DNA from: Catajapyx aquilonaris
Taxonomy: Eukaryota
Assembly: GCA_000934665.2 (NCBI GenBank)
Contig: KZ538281.1
Coordinates: 1 to 64,000 of the forward strand
Reading direction: 5' to 3'
DNA: 64,000 nucleotides
A model generated the notes under the pieces. It ran no database searches, was not told where the DNA came from, and was given only the letters and a program-made list of their open reading frames with translations. Below are positions 13,301-27,237 of the stretch, piece after piece. Position numbers and translations under genes: made by a program. The stretch's first letter is position 1. Each line of letters begins with the position of its first letter.

Positions 13301-14410
13301 ATTTAAAAACCCATGGTATGCAGTACAAAATAAATAATTACAGCCCACGTTCATGACTGTGCTCGATAGCAATAGAATCAATAGGCATAGCCGCCCACTG
13401 GGACACATGTCAAAAACCCACATCATGCATGGATACATTTACCACATAAATAAGTCTGGTTCAAACTGGCGTTCAATTTAACACAATATGCGATTTTTTT
13501 ACGAGCCCAACCGAGTACGCATCACAGTTCGCGCAGCTTGCACGGTTGGCATTATGCATGATAATTGGTAAGCTCTCTGCTGTATATGCCTATAGTGGAT
13601 GTAATGCGCTGGACTTATTTCCAACACTACGGTTGAAGGGGAACAAAAATGGCGGACAAGTGTCAATCTATGTCGGTGATATTATTTGTAATATTAACCA
13701 CAAAATTAGTCTTCTTAATTAATAAATGGTGGTGTTCCACCCCCCTAAAGGAGCGATGTTTCTCCCAATGGGGCAAGTAAATTGTTTTTAAAAAATCTTA
13801 ATTAATCATTGTCAGCAATTTTTATCTTAATCGTCATTTTGCTGTTACCCAAGAGTGTCCAGTTACCCTACCTTTAACCAGCTCAGACTTTATTTCCAAC
13901 GCTACTCTTAGAGGAAAACAAAATGGCCGACATTTGCGACGTTGCCAGTCTATATCGATGAAATTATTTTAAATATTAACCACACAATTAATTTTCCTAA
14001 TTAATCAGTCAGCAAATTTTGTCTTAAAAATAATTTTGCTGTTTTAAACCAAGTGTATATAGTTATCCTAGTTTTGCTTCGACAAACTTATACTTAATTC
14101 CAACGCTACTCTTGGAGGGGAGCAAAAAATGGCCGACATTTGCGACGTTGCCAGTCTATATCGATGAAATTATTTGAAATATGAACCACACAATTAATTT
14201 TACTAATTAGTTATTGTCAACGATTTTTGTCTTAAGAATCACTTTGATGTTAATTAAGATTGTACGATCCAAGTTTCGCTATTTAACAAGATCAGGCTTA
14301 TTTCCAACGCTACACTTATTGTTAGTGGGAAACAAAATGGACCACAATTGCGATGTTTGCAGTATATCGATGAAATTATTTTCAATATTAACCACACATA
14401 CTTAATTTTT
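10366..14410. repeat. Dispersed repeat family C (core TATTTCCAACGCTAC...AAAATGGCCGAC); copies at about 10366-10500, 10577-10730, 13516-13720, 13889-14020, 14093-14200, 14297-14410, plus an inverted copy at about 48330-48430
   Basis: Shared blocks gcagcttgcacggttggcattat, ttatttccaacgctac and aaaatggccgacatttgcgacg are readable across the copies; the 13.9-14.4 kb copies are in tandem at about 200-bp spacing. Confidence 0.75.
11357..12003. repeat. Interstitial telomere-derived satellite with a 10-bp period (TTAGG plus TGAGT/TTGGT/TTAGT/AGAGT), bracketed by CCTAA-type runs
   Basis: ttaggtgagt ttaggttggt ttaggagagt ttaggttagt repeated over about 11450-11970; cctaacctcacctaac at the left and aactaacctaacctaa at the right. 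Confidence 0.9.
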
Positions 14411-15251
14411 CCTAATTACTTTCAAACCTCTGAATCATTTTGATGTTGCTATCTATAGGTCTTGCCTTAACTTATGGTAATTATCATTTCATAGTCTATT
14501 GCTTTTATTAAACTGTTAATATTTTTGCAAGTGACTTTGGCCCTCAACTGCCATGGGCAACATACTGTGATAGCTATCGAGCAGTGAAGCTGCAACAAGG
14601 TGTTGCAGTGCTCAACCTTTATCATTATAGCCCTTGGTTCTATAAATACTACTGTACTACTGTAAAATATTCATCAAGTTGTCTCTCCCACCTCCAGTTG
14701 GCCATATAATAATGCACAGTATCATTCAACTGGTGTGGCTGCGAGGGGATGGGGGGGGGGGGGTTTAAATGAGAACAATGGTCCCTCTCTTCCTGCGCAA
14801 TGTATAGTGCAATTATTTGACTGCCAGATTTAGTCATAAGCAGCATTCATTTTGATTCAGAGGGTGAGTTAAAGGTCTCATTATGTGCGGCAGGCAAAAC
14901 CCGGCTTCCGAATATTTAACAGTTGGAGAGGAGAGGAGGGGGCCAAAAAGGGCTAAGAGATAGTATTAAATCCAGCGACACCCCCAGACTTTATGACGAG
15001 ATATTCAAACCAGGAGATAAATCGTGTCTCAATATGTTATTAAACATTAGGATAAATTTATGCGCTTACAATAGCCAATAATGCTGCAATTTTGGCTGAT
15101 TTTTGGCTTATATATCGTTTGTCCGCACCTTAGCGAGGTGACATGCTGGCAACGTCGCAAACAAAAAGGTGTCTTCATACCCCTGCCACGAGAACCGTTA
15201 AAGTGCGTTCCTGCGGCTGTAGAAGTCGGCAAATTCGAACCTTCACTGTTG

Positions 15252-16017
15252 CTATGCCTTGTCGAAGCCACAATAACGTTCGTTGGCGATAGATCTTCCA
15301 AATTCTGCCTTGTCAAAACCACAATAACGTTCGTTGGCGATAGATTTTCCACACTATGCCTTGTCAAAGCCACAATAATGCTCGTTGGTTACAGATGTTC
15401 CAAATTATGCACTGTCAAAGCCACAATAACGTTCGTTTGCGATAGACTTTACACACTATGCCTTGTCAAAGCTACTGTAACGTTCGCAGGCGACAGATCT
15501 TCCAAACTATCCCTTGGAAAAGCCACAATAACATTCGTTGGCGATAGATATTCCAAACTATCCCTTGGAAAAGCCACAATAATGTTCGTTGGTGAAAGAT
15601 CTTTCAAATTATGCATTGTCAAAGCCATAGTAACATTCGTTGACGATAGCTGTTCCACACTATGCCTTGTCAAAGCCATAGTAACATTCGTTGACGATAG
15701 CTGTTCCACACAATGGCTTGTCAAAGCCACAATAACGTTCGTTGGCGATAGATCTTCCAAACTATCCCTTGGAAAAGCCACAACAACCCTTCGTTGGTGA
15801 TAGATATTCCAAACTATGGCTTGTCAAAGCCACAATAACGTTCTTCCGCGATATATTTTCCAAAATATGCCATGGAAAAGCCACAATAACGTTCGTTGGC
15901 GATAGATATTCCAAACTATATGCCTTGTCAAAGCCACAATAACGTTCTTCCGCGATATATCTTCCAAAATATGCAATGGAAAAGCCCCAATAACGTTCGT
16001 CGGCGACAAATCTTCAA
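15252..16017. repeat. 51-bp minisatellite, about 15 units
   Basis: Consensus atgccttgtcaaagccacaataacgttcgttggcgatagattttccaaact (51 nt, giving the 17-aa periodicity seen in the ORF track). Confidence 0.95.
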
Positions 16018-16827
16018 AAATTAGCGTAAATTTTTTTTATGTGTCCTTTCCCCCCGATAAATATGACGATTCTGGCCTGATTCGACTCGCGTACCTTCCG
16101 GGCACCAAACCGTATATTTGGAATCCTCCCAAGAAAATTTCCTGCTTCGCGGCGGTAAAAAAAAAAAGAGAGAGAAGAAGACAGCTCTTTCATGCCCGGA
16201 GCAAATCAAACATCGACGTACCAATGAAACAACCTCGTTAAAAATGAAAGGGATGGGAGAGGTATAAAATAAAGAAAGAAATGGCAAAAAAAAGGCTCGA
16301 AACCATAAAAAGAATAACTGTTGGGAAGAAGGACAAGAGTATGTTCCTTCTGGCACCCATGGTCGTATCAATGGAGATGGCTAGAGGAGGGGGGGTTGTT
16401 CCCACAGGATTTTTAAAAAAAAATTGTATTATATTTTTATGCTGAGTAGCGTCCTCCTTCCTTAGCAGCCTCCGCCAGAAGCCTACCACCGTCCGGATCT
16501 TTTCTTTTTTCTTTTTCGGACTTTAACGGTTATGACTGCCGCATTGCTACTCCACACAAGCAAAACTCTCCCTCTCCCTCTCCAGAGTCCCGCATCATTA
16601 TGGGCTCCCGGTTCTAGTTCCGGATCCAAATGTGGTGTAGGACCCACTTGGCAGGACTTCTGGGACTGCAAGGCACGCAAAACTGCATATCAGCAGCACA
16701 CGGCTCTGATTGGCACTCGTTTCATGTAGATCTATTCGCCAACGAACGTTATTGTGGCTTTGACATTCGTGTCTTTGGCGGAGTTGGGTCGTCTCAGGCG
16801 TTGTCTCATGTGGGGGGGGGGGGGGTC

Positions 16828-16929
16828 NNNNNNNNNNNNNNNNNNNNNNNNNNNNNNNNNNNNNNNNNNNNNNNNNNNNNNNNNNNNNNNNNNNNNNNNN
16901 NNNNNNNNNNNNNNNNNNNNNNNNNNNNN
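16828..16929. other. Assembly gap (102 N)
   Basis: Run of N. Confidence 1.
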
Positions 16930-17305
16930 GCGATATATTTTTCAAGCGGTGCCTTGTCAAAGCCACAATAACGTTCGTTGGCGACATATTTTTCTAACCA
17001 TGCCTTGTCAAAGCCACAATAACGTTCGTTGGCGATGGATTTTTCAAACTGTGCCTTTCTCAAAGCCCCAATAACGTTCGTTGGCGATAGATTTTTCAAA
17101 CTATGCCTTGTCAAAGCCACAATAACGTTCGTTGGCGAAAGATCTTCCAAAGTATGCCTTGTCAAAGCCACAATAACGTTCGGTGGCGATAGATTTTTCA
17201 AACTATGCCTTTGTCAAAGCCACAATAACGTTCGTTGGCGATAGATTTTTCAAACTATGCCTTGTCAAAGCCACAATAACGTTCGTTGGCGATAGAGCTT
17301 CCATG
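16930..17305. repeat. 51-bp minisatellite, about 7 units (same family as 15252-16017), abutting the gap
   Basis: tgccttgtcaaagccacaataacgttcgttggcgatagatttttcaaacta repeated. Confidence 0.95.
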
Positions 17306-18080
17306 CCATGCATTTCATATTCCATTATTGCATGGTCTCATTCGACTGGGTGTTTCGACATCGACGCCAAGACAGAAAAATGACATGGCCTACTTCTGTC
17401 AACTTTTTTTTCCCTCGCTGATTGTGGAAATTTCATGCGCATAAATTACTCTCTTCTTCACTTCTCAAGTTTCTTACAAAACAGCTCCCCCAAGTCTCCA
17501 GGCTGCCTGACGATATCAAACAGGGGGGGCAGGAAAAAAAATTTGTCTGGTCTCCAATATTGGAACTAGTGGCATCGATCATCAGATTGGGAGGTACAGC
17601 TCATTCGCACCTCGAGGCTGCTAATTGCACAGGTCATTACAGCTTCCGTCTTCCGGGAAAACCCGTAACACAAACCTCCGCTGCGTGTAAATGTCACCGC
17701 AACCCAAACACAAGGATTGAATTACGGAGTCACAATTTGACGAGAAAGGGGAAAAGGGTATATAGGATGTGTCATCTAGCTTGAAAAGGTCACCAGATAT
17801 TATTATTATTTGCATCAGGGTTAGTATCTGCAAAAAAAAACAAAGTTGCCAAATAAATGGGTTCCTTTGCCCCATAGACAAAGAGTGTACATACACATGT
17901 GCTGAACAAAAATGAGGATTACGAAGCAGCACGGTGTGATGGAAATAGGCAAAACAAGAATGGCACATGTCCATGTGGGATTAGTGCCAGTCGGGGGAGG
18001 CTGGCATTCTGCTTATCTTTGTCTATATACTACACGCATAGCAAAAGCAACGAGAAAAGATTGGGAGATTCTTTTCTTAC

Positions 18081-21000
18081 CTCCAGGTGCTCTTGCTCTA
18101 GCGTCATCACCACATCCACGTTCGACCCACCAACTACGACCTGTAAAATTTACAACAATACCAAGAAATGTACATTTTTGTAGCAAAACATTATTGTGGC
18201 CAACCAACACACAATTTCCTAAATAAACAACATCACAACATATCCGCAGCATTCAACATACACAACCGCCACTAATCCAATAGCATAATATCAACAATCA
18301 TTTAAAATATGGCACAAAATAATCATTCACAATTAGTAATCAGCATTTTCCAATATGTAACATGTTGACAATTGCTTACATTATTGCTAACTGAATTATG
18401 ACGGATAAACATCGCCTTCGCAACAACACAGCAACTGAAACAATCAGCGGTACATTACACATATTTATACACTGCGCGGGACCTTTCATGCTCCAACTTA
18501 GCCACACTGTAGGGAGATCATTACAAACAATAACTGTTAACATGCCACTGTACAAACATGCCATTAACATATACAAGGAAACCGAACACAATCAGTACAT
18601 TCCCACCGGTGTTTCCGTTGTCATTAATTGTTGTTAAATCAAAACCAAAAATATGACACACAAAAAAGTTCGCATGGCTAATTTTCATTGCATTTTTAAT
18701 TGCGTTAAGACGGTGGAAATGGTCTGGCAAGCCTTGTGCATATTTGCAGAGGAATCCAGCCAGGGATGAGCACGTTTCATGCTTTTCCCCTCCGCCTCTC
18801 CCTCTCTGTAAACCTGCTATTGATTGTCATGAAGGCACAAAAGTCGGCTCTCCGAAGAGCACAGATTTATTAGCTTGTTTTCACTCAGTATTCCAGCGCC
18901 ATACCAGAGCCCATTGCGGTTCTCTTAATCATTCGACATGGAAACTGCAAAATTTCCACCGTTACGTACTCTATTAAAACTGCGACAAAATTAAAGGCAG
19001 CACAATTATGACATGGTTTTGATAAATGGGAAAATACTTGGGCGGCTTCATCATCAACTCTCCAGCCATCTCGGACATGCACTTCATTAACAGCCTCATT
19101 TCAGCGGAAAGCGTCTATTGTACGTTTGGGACGTGCAGAGATTCACTCTTGCTTGGGGAGTGATCTCGAAGATTGGGGGAAAGCTCACCGGCTGTCGTGA
19201 CACTGGTGGATCAGGCACCTTTGATATCGGGTCCAATTGTGCGGAACCAGCGGAGCGTATCTTTGCAAGTTCTGCCGCCACAGAGGCACCTGCTCTTGCA
19301 TTGTTGAGGATTAAGGCCACATCTGAATGGAAAGTCATTCAAGGAATAATAATAACCTCGCAAACCATCGTGCATCGGACTCATCAAATGATGATGACTT
19401 CAAAATATTTTAAAAAATTAATTCAGCCCACTTGTCGCAATTAGTGCGACTCTGAGAAAATATCTACCTGCCAACTGGTCAACAACAATCCGACGCATTA
19501 GCCGCCACAACTCGATGTGCCCGAGGGACAAGGTATTTTACGAGGGATGGGGCTTTGATGGAAAATATGCAACGGCCTGTAAAACAGTTACTATACGTCC
19601 CAACTGGGACCCTGGCTTATGGAGGGTGGGTCCATAAAACTTTGGCATGTCCATTACATCGCACCTGAAATGTAACCTACTCTCTGCTACCTTTTTTTTT
19701 TAGGATGGGTGGAGTCCCCCGCATCTATCCGTAACCTGATCGCAGCGGCTGGGAAATTAATTGCATAGATGCATCTAGTCGACAGCACGACACGTACGCA
19801 GAGTTACACGTACATGAAAGTACGGCCATACCGGCATAACAAGTGCAGTGTACAACAATTGTGGTTCATTTTTCCTCGGTGTTGTACGTTGCGCTATTTT
19901 TTTCCAAGCGCGCTAACCTGCCGCGTCTCAAACTTATGACAATCGCAGCCTGATAATGCAAATTGAACTAACATAACTTAAACTCTCCGCAACTTGCCTC
20001 GGACCCTCGGGATACAACTTTGCTGCAAACCATTTTTTTACTTGCGGGCCAATGTCCTGTAATTTGCTCATGACAAGTTTCTTTAAAAGGAAATGAACGT
20101 ACTAGATGGCCTCAACGTTCATTAAACTGCGACCTACTCAAAAGCCCCATTTCCTTTATCCGTAACCACATTCGGCGGAAGAAGAAGAAAGGATACTAGC
20201 TTCAAGGGACTTTCCTTCCGTCAGCCGATTGACTTGGGCCAGTAAAAACGGGGTAAGTTCCTTCCCGACAATCTTGTGAGATTCGGCCAGTCCAATAGCA
20301 GTTTGGATGGCCGTTTCTATCGCCTGGCCACTGGCCGCCTGATCCTCGGGAATGGGCACTGCCAGTAGAATTCCAGAGCTCAATCCCAGATGATGTGACT
20401 TGTTGATCAGAACCGCTGCTTCTTTAGGCCAGCGGAAATGGTATGGTGCCTATAAAAATCATTGCCGGGTTTTGATGCTGGAACTTTAGGAAGTATTGTG
20501 CTTCGTTTCTTTGTTACCTTATGGCCGCTCTTTGGCACAAAGAAGGCGGGAAAGTCATCGGTCGGACCCAACGAAGCAACACACACACCTTGAGTTTCCT
20601 GCAATGCCGTTCAATGGCTTCAATTGTACGTAAAGTCGAAGTAAGCGTCCTCACCAAATATTCAAGCGTCTTTGGAATGTCAAGAATGGATTTGACCCCA
20701 GCGGACACAACTGCGACGGGAGTCCGCCCCAACTCGGTCAGGTCCGCACTCACATCCCAGCTCTTCTCAGCTCCTCGATGGACTCCGCCAATTCCGCCAG
20801 TCACAAACACAGGTATGGACGCCATGTGCGAGGCCAACATTGTAGCCGACACTGTCGTGCCTCCAGTCAAACCCTGCAGTCGTTACATAAAGAAATTAAC
20901 ATATGCTGACGGACAGGTGAGGTTTTCTGGTAAGTCACGTACCTGCCAAGCTCACTGTCAATAATGCATGACACTATTTTGCTAGCGCTACATAACCAGG

Positions 21001-21643
21001 TAATTACCAGTACGTCAGTTTAAACGTTGCAGTGCGAAATAGGCAGCGATGATGATGTGGTTCATACCCAACATTACGACTTTAATTGCCACTGAACGTA
21101 TATAAAATTTTTTTTTTGGGAGTTATCGGACACGGCACAAGTTCAATATTGGAAAATTTCTGTGATTATATTGATGAGACATTTTCCAGTTTTGTGCTTT
21201 TTTGGGTACTTTTTTTTTTTTACCTGGCTGACGACGTAGGCCAGATCACGTCGGGATGTTTTTACAGCACTTTCCTTTGACAGAGCCTCCATTTCCTCAT
21301 CATTCAAACCGACTCTTATCTTCCCTCCAATGATTGCTATCGTGGCAGGCGCCGCTCCCTGTAAAAATATTAATTTTTTTTAAAAAAATAGCTCATCTTT
21401 TTTCCATGTGTCCGCAACAATTGAGCTCACAGCATCACGTATTGTCCGTTGCACTTTCAGAGCCGTTTGTAAATTTTTGGGGTAAGGCATTCCGTGAGTG
21501 ATTATGGTAGATTCCAGCGACACCACAGGGTCGCCGTTTTCGAGGGCCTGGGAAACCTCTGCGGACACAGCCATGTGACTCTGGAGGCGACTGAAGCACT
21601 TGGGCCGAACAGATGCGGCGACATGTCCCCACAAGTTGAACAT
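18081..21643 (-). CDS. psuG: Pseudouridine-5'-phosphate glycosidase (PsuG/IndA family), apparently fused to the start of a PfkB-family pseudouridine kinase domain; 3' part not found
   Basis: Exons 21643-21431, 21358-21224, 20873-20655, 20598-20518, 20449-20197, 19322-19189, 18140-18081, all GT-AG and phase-consistent. Motifs [94 protein letters not shown] and NVALILNNA. The last exon found encodes VVVGGSNVD, the PfkB N-terminal strand motif. Confidence 0.92.
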
Positions 21644-23691
21644 CACGGAATCTGAAATGAAGTTTGGGTTGTGCGCGAATAAAGTCAACTTGCAGTAGCA
21701 TTATCCACGTAATGCCACTTCATGCTCATACAAACACATTTTTCTTTTGGAAGCCAAAGCGAAAAAAAAAGAGAGGGTGATTAAGACTAATTACAAAGAG
21801 GAGCCATAAAAAAAAAAGTTTGTCAGAAAAAAAATAATTTTGAGTTAGAAGTTGCGGAATCCATCAAACGGAAGAATCTTCCTTCAACTTTCCTTCAACA
21901 CGGAAAGTTCCAGTTGTTAAGTTTGATGAACGCAAAAAAAAACCCGGCGATGATAATTGGAACCATCGCAAAAAAAAAAGTACTTATCCATTATCGCACT
22001 GTGTAATAATTAGACACTATTTTTGATAAAATCTCGTTATAATAGTAAGCATAATAATATGCCTCTTTCAGAAGGTTACATCCTATTTACTTATTGTTGA
22101 CATCAATTATTGTAATTAGTAAATTAGCAGCCAATTAGTAAATCAATGTTAATTGTAAGCATATATGTAATATGCATATTTCCCATGCTAAGATACATTA
22201 CAAACCTTACATTTAATTTGCTTATTGTTGACATCAATTAGTAATTGTAATTAGCAAATCAATAAGCACATAATATGTGCCTCTTTCACAGAAAGTTAGA
22301 CACATTACAAACCTTACAATTTAATTATTTGCTCATTGTTGACATCAATTATGTAAAATGTGAGATTCACATTGTAATGACTTAATGACTTAATGAATAA
22401 TGTGAATGACTTTTCTATGTTACATATTTCAATTTATTTTTTTAAATAACGATATTTCATACCGTATTTTTTAAAAAATATTTCCTATCTCAGTTCCCGC
22501 GACAAGAAAACAATCTACATTTAACTACACAGGAAAAGCCCCTTAAGAGTCAATTAAAGCTTTCCTCCGGCATGCATAATTGGCCAAAGGTGTATTGTTA
22601 GCCTGGAAAAATCAATCGCACATGATATGGTGCAGTAAGGTAATAAGGCAACGAGCTCCACTGGGCCATTATAATTACACTCAATTAATATGCGGTGGTG
22701 TACTCTTCAAAAGGATGCAACCCGCCAGGGGGTTTAAATAATACGGAGAATAAATGTATTAATAAGCAGCGTGTAATTATGCCAAGCGGATGCTCCAGAA
22801 AATTATTGCCAACTTGTACATCCCAATTATTTAGGCTTCATGAGCAGGTTTCTCAGTACTTGTGTACTTGAAATTAAGATGTATTTTTTTGTTAAGCACA
22901 GTGATATATAAATACTCACCCCTTGACAGTTTGGTATGGCGATGCGAGTGTGTTTCATTCGTGTGTTGGGCAGTGGTGACCTTTGACCCCTCCAGGCTGA
23001 TTAGATGGCGTGATTTTTCCCCTAATCAATGTGGACTTCCTTCTTTCGAGAGATAATTATTAAGAAGTCGAGAGAGATCCAAGATGGCGGCGCCCAGTGG
23101 ACAGCATGGGAGGCAGGATTGGAGACGTTCGCGCCATCTCTTGGCAGACAGGTTGAAGCTCATTAGGAAGACAGGGTTCTAGAGATGTCCGCGCCATCTA
23201 TCAGCATGAAAAAATATGAACTGGAATACAGTAGAAAATAAATACTGTAAACTTGATTATACGATAATGAGGGCAAGTTGCATTAACAATTAATACAGAA
23301 TATATGTTACTTACACAGGATTAATTACTTCGGGTGGGTTGTACTCTGACATGTTCATATGTTTCTGTCTGTATCTACCGCAATGGTTCCATCTCGGAAA
23401 AAAAATGTCTACGCTGACAATTAAAAAGTACGGTATTAAATCAAGATATTAATAAGCGCTGTACATAATCATGTAAGCAAGCAGACATATAAATAAAAAT
23501 CTGTCTGTCTGTCCGTCTGGAACGCCACCCGTCATTTGCCTGCCATCTGTGGTCCGCCTCCTACACCTCCAACCGTCCTTATTCCGACCCGGCATTCCTT
23601 ATTTAATTAAGATTCTTAATTACATGTATTTTTTATGCCTGTCCTTTTCAGCTTGCGTTCTATATTCATTTCTTCCCGAGCAACGCCGGGT

Positions 23692-24012
23692 CATAAGAGG
23701 CGCAAACATTCGATTTCCGCGTCTCTCTGTTTGGTGCGCTGGCAAGGCTGGCCGCCATTTTGAAGTGTGGGTAACGCCAACGAGGATTAAAGAGGGTACA
23801 GGCAAAAAATAGGGTCCGCCATCTTTGATTCGCGCGTGATCTTGACGTGTATAGTTGCCATGGCCGCCACAACCATCAAAGATGGCGGCTATTTTTGCCT
23901 GTACCCTATTTATACCTCGTTGGCGCACCACACACTTCAAGATGGCCGCTAGCCTTGGTAACGGCCCCAAACAGAGAGACGCGAACATCATCAGAAGTTT
24001 GCGCCTCTTATG
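23692..24012. mobile_element. Palindromic MITE family D (TIR CATAAGAGGCGCAAAC), copy 1
   Basis: cataagaggcgcaaac...gtttgcgcctcttatg with inverted arms of about 130-150 bp; near-identical copies at 24893-25225 and 47030-47465. Confidence 0.9.
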
Positions 24013-24150
24013 TAGTAGTCCGGGTATCGCAGCTAGTACATAAATAATTGCACTGCATGTTCGATGTTGATCAGCTTTAATTTACCCAATTATTTACGGT
24101 CCACATACAAGACTAGTAATGGAGATTTACCCTATAGTCCCCTTTCTGTA

Positions 24151-25771
24151 TCAAATTCTGTGAGTGTAGGCGCTGTGAATTTCGTGTAAGGCATCCATGG
24201 CCCAGGAAAGACTCATTGCGCTGCTTCTCATGACAGGAACCAAGTCTCGCAGGGCATCGTGCTCCTGCGTGCGGTACTCTTCCACCAGCTTCGACGCCAC
24301 TTCCTTCATGTGATTGTTGTATTCATCGGTCAGGATCTGTAGCTTCCCGTTCCCTTCCGCAACCAGCTGGTGGACAGTCTTCATCATCTTCCCAGCCGAT
24401 ATGCCAAACTCCCTCTCGGAGTATTTGGTGTACATTGCGACCGCATCTTTGGAGATCCTCATGCCGGTGTCTTTGGACCGCCAGATAATCTACGTACAAA
24501 TATAAAGTGCATGTAATTATAAGAAGCGTTCATATATCAATCCCATTATTACTTCGTGCGCCATCTTCCACATGCTGTCATAGAACTGGTGCATTTGGGC
24601 GTCCTCGGCTGTATCCAAGTTCTTCTTCCGTTCTTCCTGCCATTCCTTCAGCTTCCTGAAGAAGTTTTTGTTCTCCACCATGGAGGCCTCTTCCAACTTT
24701 CTGCTGAACGTCTCCCGACGTTGTATCTTCCTTTTCAAGCTGCGCGCTTGTGAAGCCTTAACGTCGCCTATATGCCTGTCGATCCACTCCATAGTCCTAT
24801 TAAGATCCTTAATAGCCGAGGTAATTGTGGACATGACCTTCGTGAACTCCTTCCTACCATACCTCTGGATCACCTAGAGCGGAAAGGTTTCATATAAGAG
24901 GCGCAAACATTCGATTTCCGCGTCTCTCTGTTTGGGGCCGTTGTCAAGGCTGGCGGCCATCTTGAAGTGGGGGCAACGCCAACGAGGTATAAATAGGGTA
25001 CAGGCAAAAATAAGATCCGCCATCTTTGATTCGCGCCTTGTAGTTGCCATGGCTGCCAAAACCATCAAAGATGGCGGATCCTATTTTTGCCTGTACCCTA
25101 TTTATACCTCGTTGGCGTTGCCCCCCACTTCAAGATGGCCGCCAGCCTTATTGACAACGGCCCCAAACAGAGAGACGCGGAAATCAATGGCGCTGACGGG
25201 CTGACCGAAGTTTGGGCCTCTTATGTAGTGTATGTGTAGATTAATGTTGGTATATTAAGCGAATATACGTACAGCCGTTTTCTTCTCGTTCATCTTCGAC
25301 TGGGAAGCTTCAACATCCTCCCTGCTTTTCTTAGTGTGTGCACACAGCGACCGGATGAGAATAGTGTAGCTGTCCATTGTAGACTCCAGGACACCAGTGT
25401 TTTCCGTCTTGTAGCTTGTTTTTGCCAGCTCGGCCCACTGGCTGTCCAGGTTCTGTAGAGTATCCTGCACCAAAACATATACCGGTACAGAGATCATGGC
25501 GGTTCAAATACAAAAAATGAACGACTTTACCCTGAAGGTCTGAAGATTTGACCTGTGAAGATCTGCAAGTAGACGCCGACCATCTTGGACTGCTGACGGA
25601 ACATGGTGACCAATCTCCTCATAGTTCGGTAGTTCAGTCTGATCGGTCTGTCCGTCTCCGTCTTCTGATATGAACTTGTCTGAAGCAGAAAACAGAACTG
25701 TTGCGCTCAAGTCAGGATCCGTGGGATCCACATCCATATCCAGCATCTCCATGATTTCGCTGATGTCGGTT
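24151..25771 (-). CDS. Uncharacterised helical/coiled-coil protein, 3' four exons; 5' end unresolved
   Basis: Exons 25771-25531, 25464-25273, 24873-24553, 24489-24151 with GT-AG boundaries that splice in frame (...LQTFR|DTLQN...KKTA|VIQRY...MAHE|IIWRS...THRI*), about 360 aa, rich in K/E/R/M. No family recognised. Confidence 0.75.
24893..25225. mobile_element. Palindromic MITE family D, copy 2, in an intron of the coiled-coil gene
   Basis: tataagaggcgcaaacattcgatttccgcgtctctctgtttgggg...ccccaaacagagagacgcgg...gtttgggcctcttatg. Confidence 0.9.
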
Positions 25772-26049
25772 CTTCCAAAAAATAAAAATAAAATGTGTTT
25801 TCGGTTGGAATTTATAGGTCTTCTGAATTATTATCAACAAAGTTGTGTCCTTAGTTACATCCCAGTACTGTACATACGTTCCCGCAGTACCGTAACCAAT
25901 TTTTGGGAGTTGAACTTACATCGTATTTATTAATCATATTTTTAAAGGTCATGTTATGTGATCAAAATGAAACAAGTGTATGATGAATGCACGCTCCATC
26001 AGTCGTTACTCATCAGAATCAGGTAAGCCGAGCACTCATCATTTAGGTA

Positions 26050-26690
26050 TGAAATCATGAAAAATAATTATTTTACAAAATTCCAATGAAATTATGAGAA
26101 TAATTTCAGATTACAGTAGTAGTGTACAACATATGTCGGGCATCACTTGAGTATGAAATCATGAGAATAATTTCAAGGCATTTCAATGGAACCATGATAA
26201 TAATTTCAAGACATTTCAATAAAATCATGAAATTCAAGACATTTCAATAAAATAATGAGAACAAATTCAATGACACTATGAGAATAATTTCATGGCATTT
26301 CAATAAAATCATGAGAATAATTTCATGAAATTTCAATAAAATCATGAGAATAATTTCATGACATTTCAATAAAATCATGAGAATAAATTCAATGACACCA
26401 TGAGAGTAATTTCATGAAATTTCGAGGAAACCATGAGCATAATTTTGCGAAATTCAATGAAATCCTGAGAATAATTTCATGACATTTCAATGAAATCATG
26501 AGAATAATTTCACGACATTTCAATGAAATCATGAGAATAATTTCATGGCATTTCAATGAATTCTTGAGAATAATTTCATGGCACTTCAATTAAATCATGA
26601 GAATAATTTCATGACATTTCGATGAAATCATGAGAATAATTGGAATGAAATCATGAGAATAATTGGAATGGAATCACGAGAATAATATAT
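26050..26690. repeat. 33-bp AT-rich minisatellite
   Basis: Unit tttcaatgaaatcatgagaataatttcatgaca repeated with variants. Confidence 0.9.
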
Positions 26691-27237
26691 TACACGATGT
26701 AATTTTTTTAAAAAAAAGTTTCTTCTCTTTTGAAACGGACAATTTCCTCAAAAATAATTTAATTGAACTCTTCGCTTTTAATTATCATTTTCCCGTCTCT
26801 TTCTATAATAATAGCTGCGTCCTTTGACAATTGACAGTAATGGAAGTAATTCCAATTCTATTTGCTGCATTGATCGAAGTACAGGGTGCATCTTGGACGC
26901 ACATGTAATTGTATTGTTGGTTGACAATATTGGTATCCTGGCGACCATCAATACGATATTATGACCTGCGTGTTCAGCAGACTTTACGGTCACCCTGTAT
27001 GGTTTTATTGAACAAATCTCCTCCGCTTGTGTATTGACAAAACTCCGTCGATCAAGCAACAAAAGGGCGGGTGAAGATGTGTTGGCAGCCCTGCCAAACT
27101 TTTGTCTCCGTGACAACACAATAATAGAGTGATCGATGATTTTTCTTCAGGAAGTCTAGTCTCCTGAGGTCTCCTTTTACAGCTCGCGAGTGATCTTTTT
27201 TAATTAGGCCTCATTATCGGACCATCAGGGACGAAAG

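Noticed and set aside
15081..15800. 239-aa ORF with a 17-aa repeat (and antisense ORFs)
   Set aside because: Artefact of the 51-bp (3n) repeat unit; open on both strands, with frameshifting units and no splice context.
15252..17305. CRISPR-like array (conserved ~26-bp partly palindromic core with intervening sequence)
   Set aside because: Intervening sequences are diverged copies of each other rather than unique spacers, there are no cas genes, and the context is eukaryotic. It is a 51-bp minisatellite.
23549..25204. ORFs containing FKMAA/IFACTLFIPRW motifs (also at 47002-47541)
   Set aside because: Translations of palindromic MITE D; no transposase motifs.
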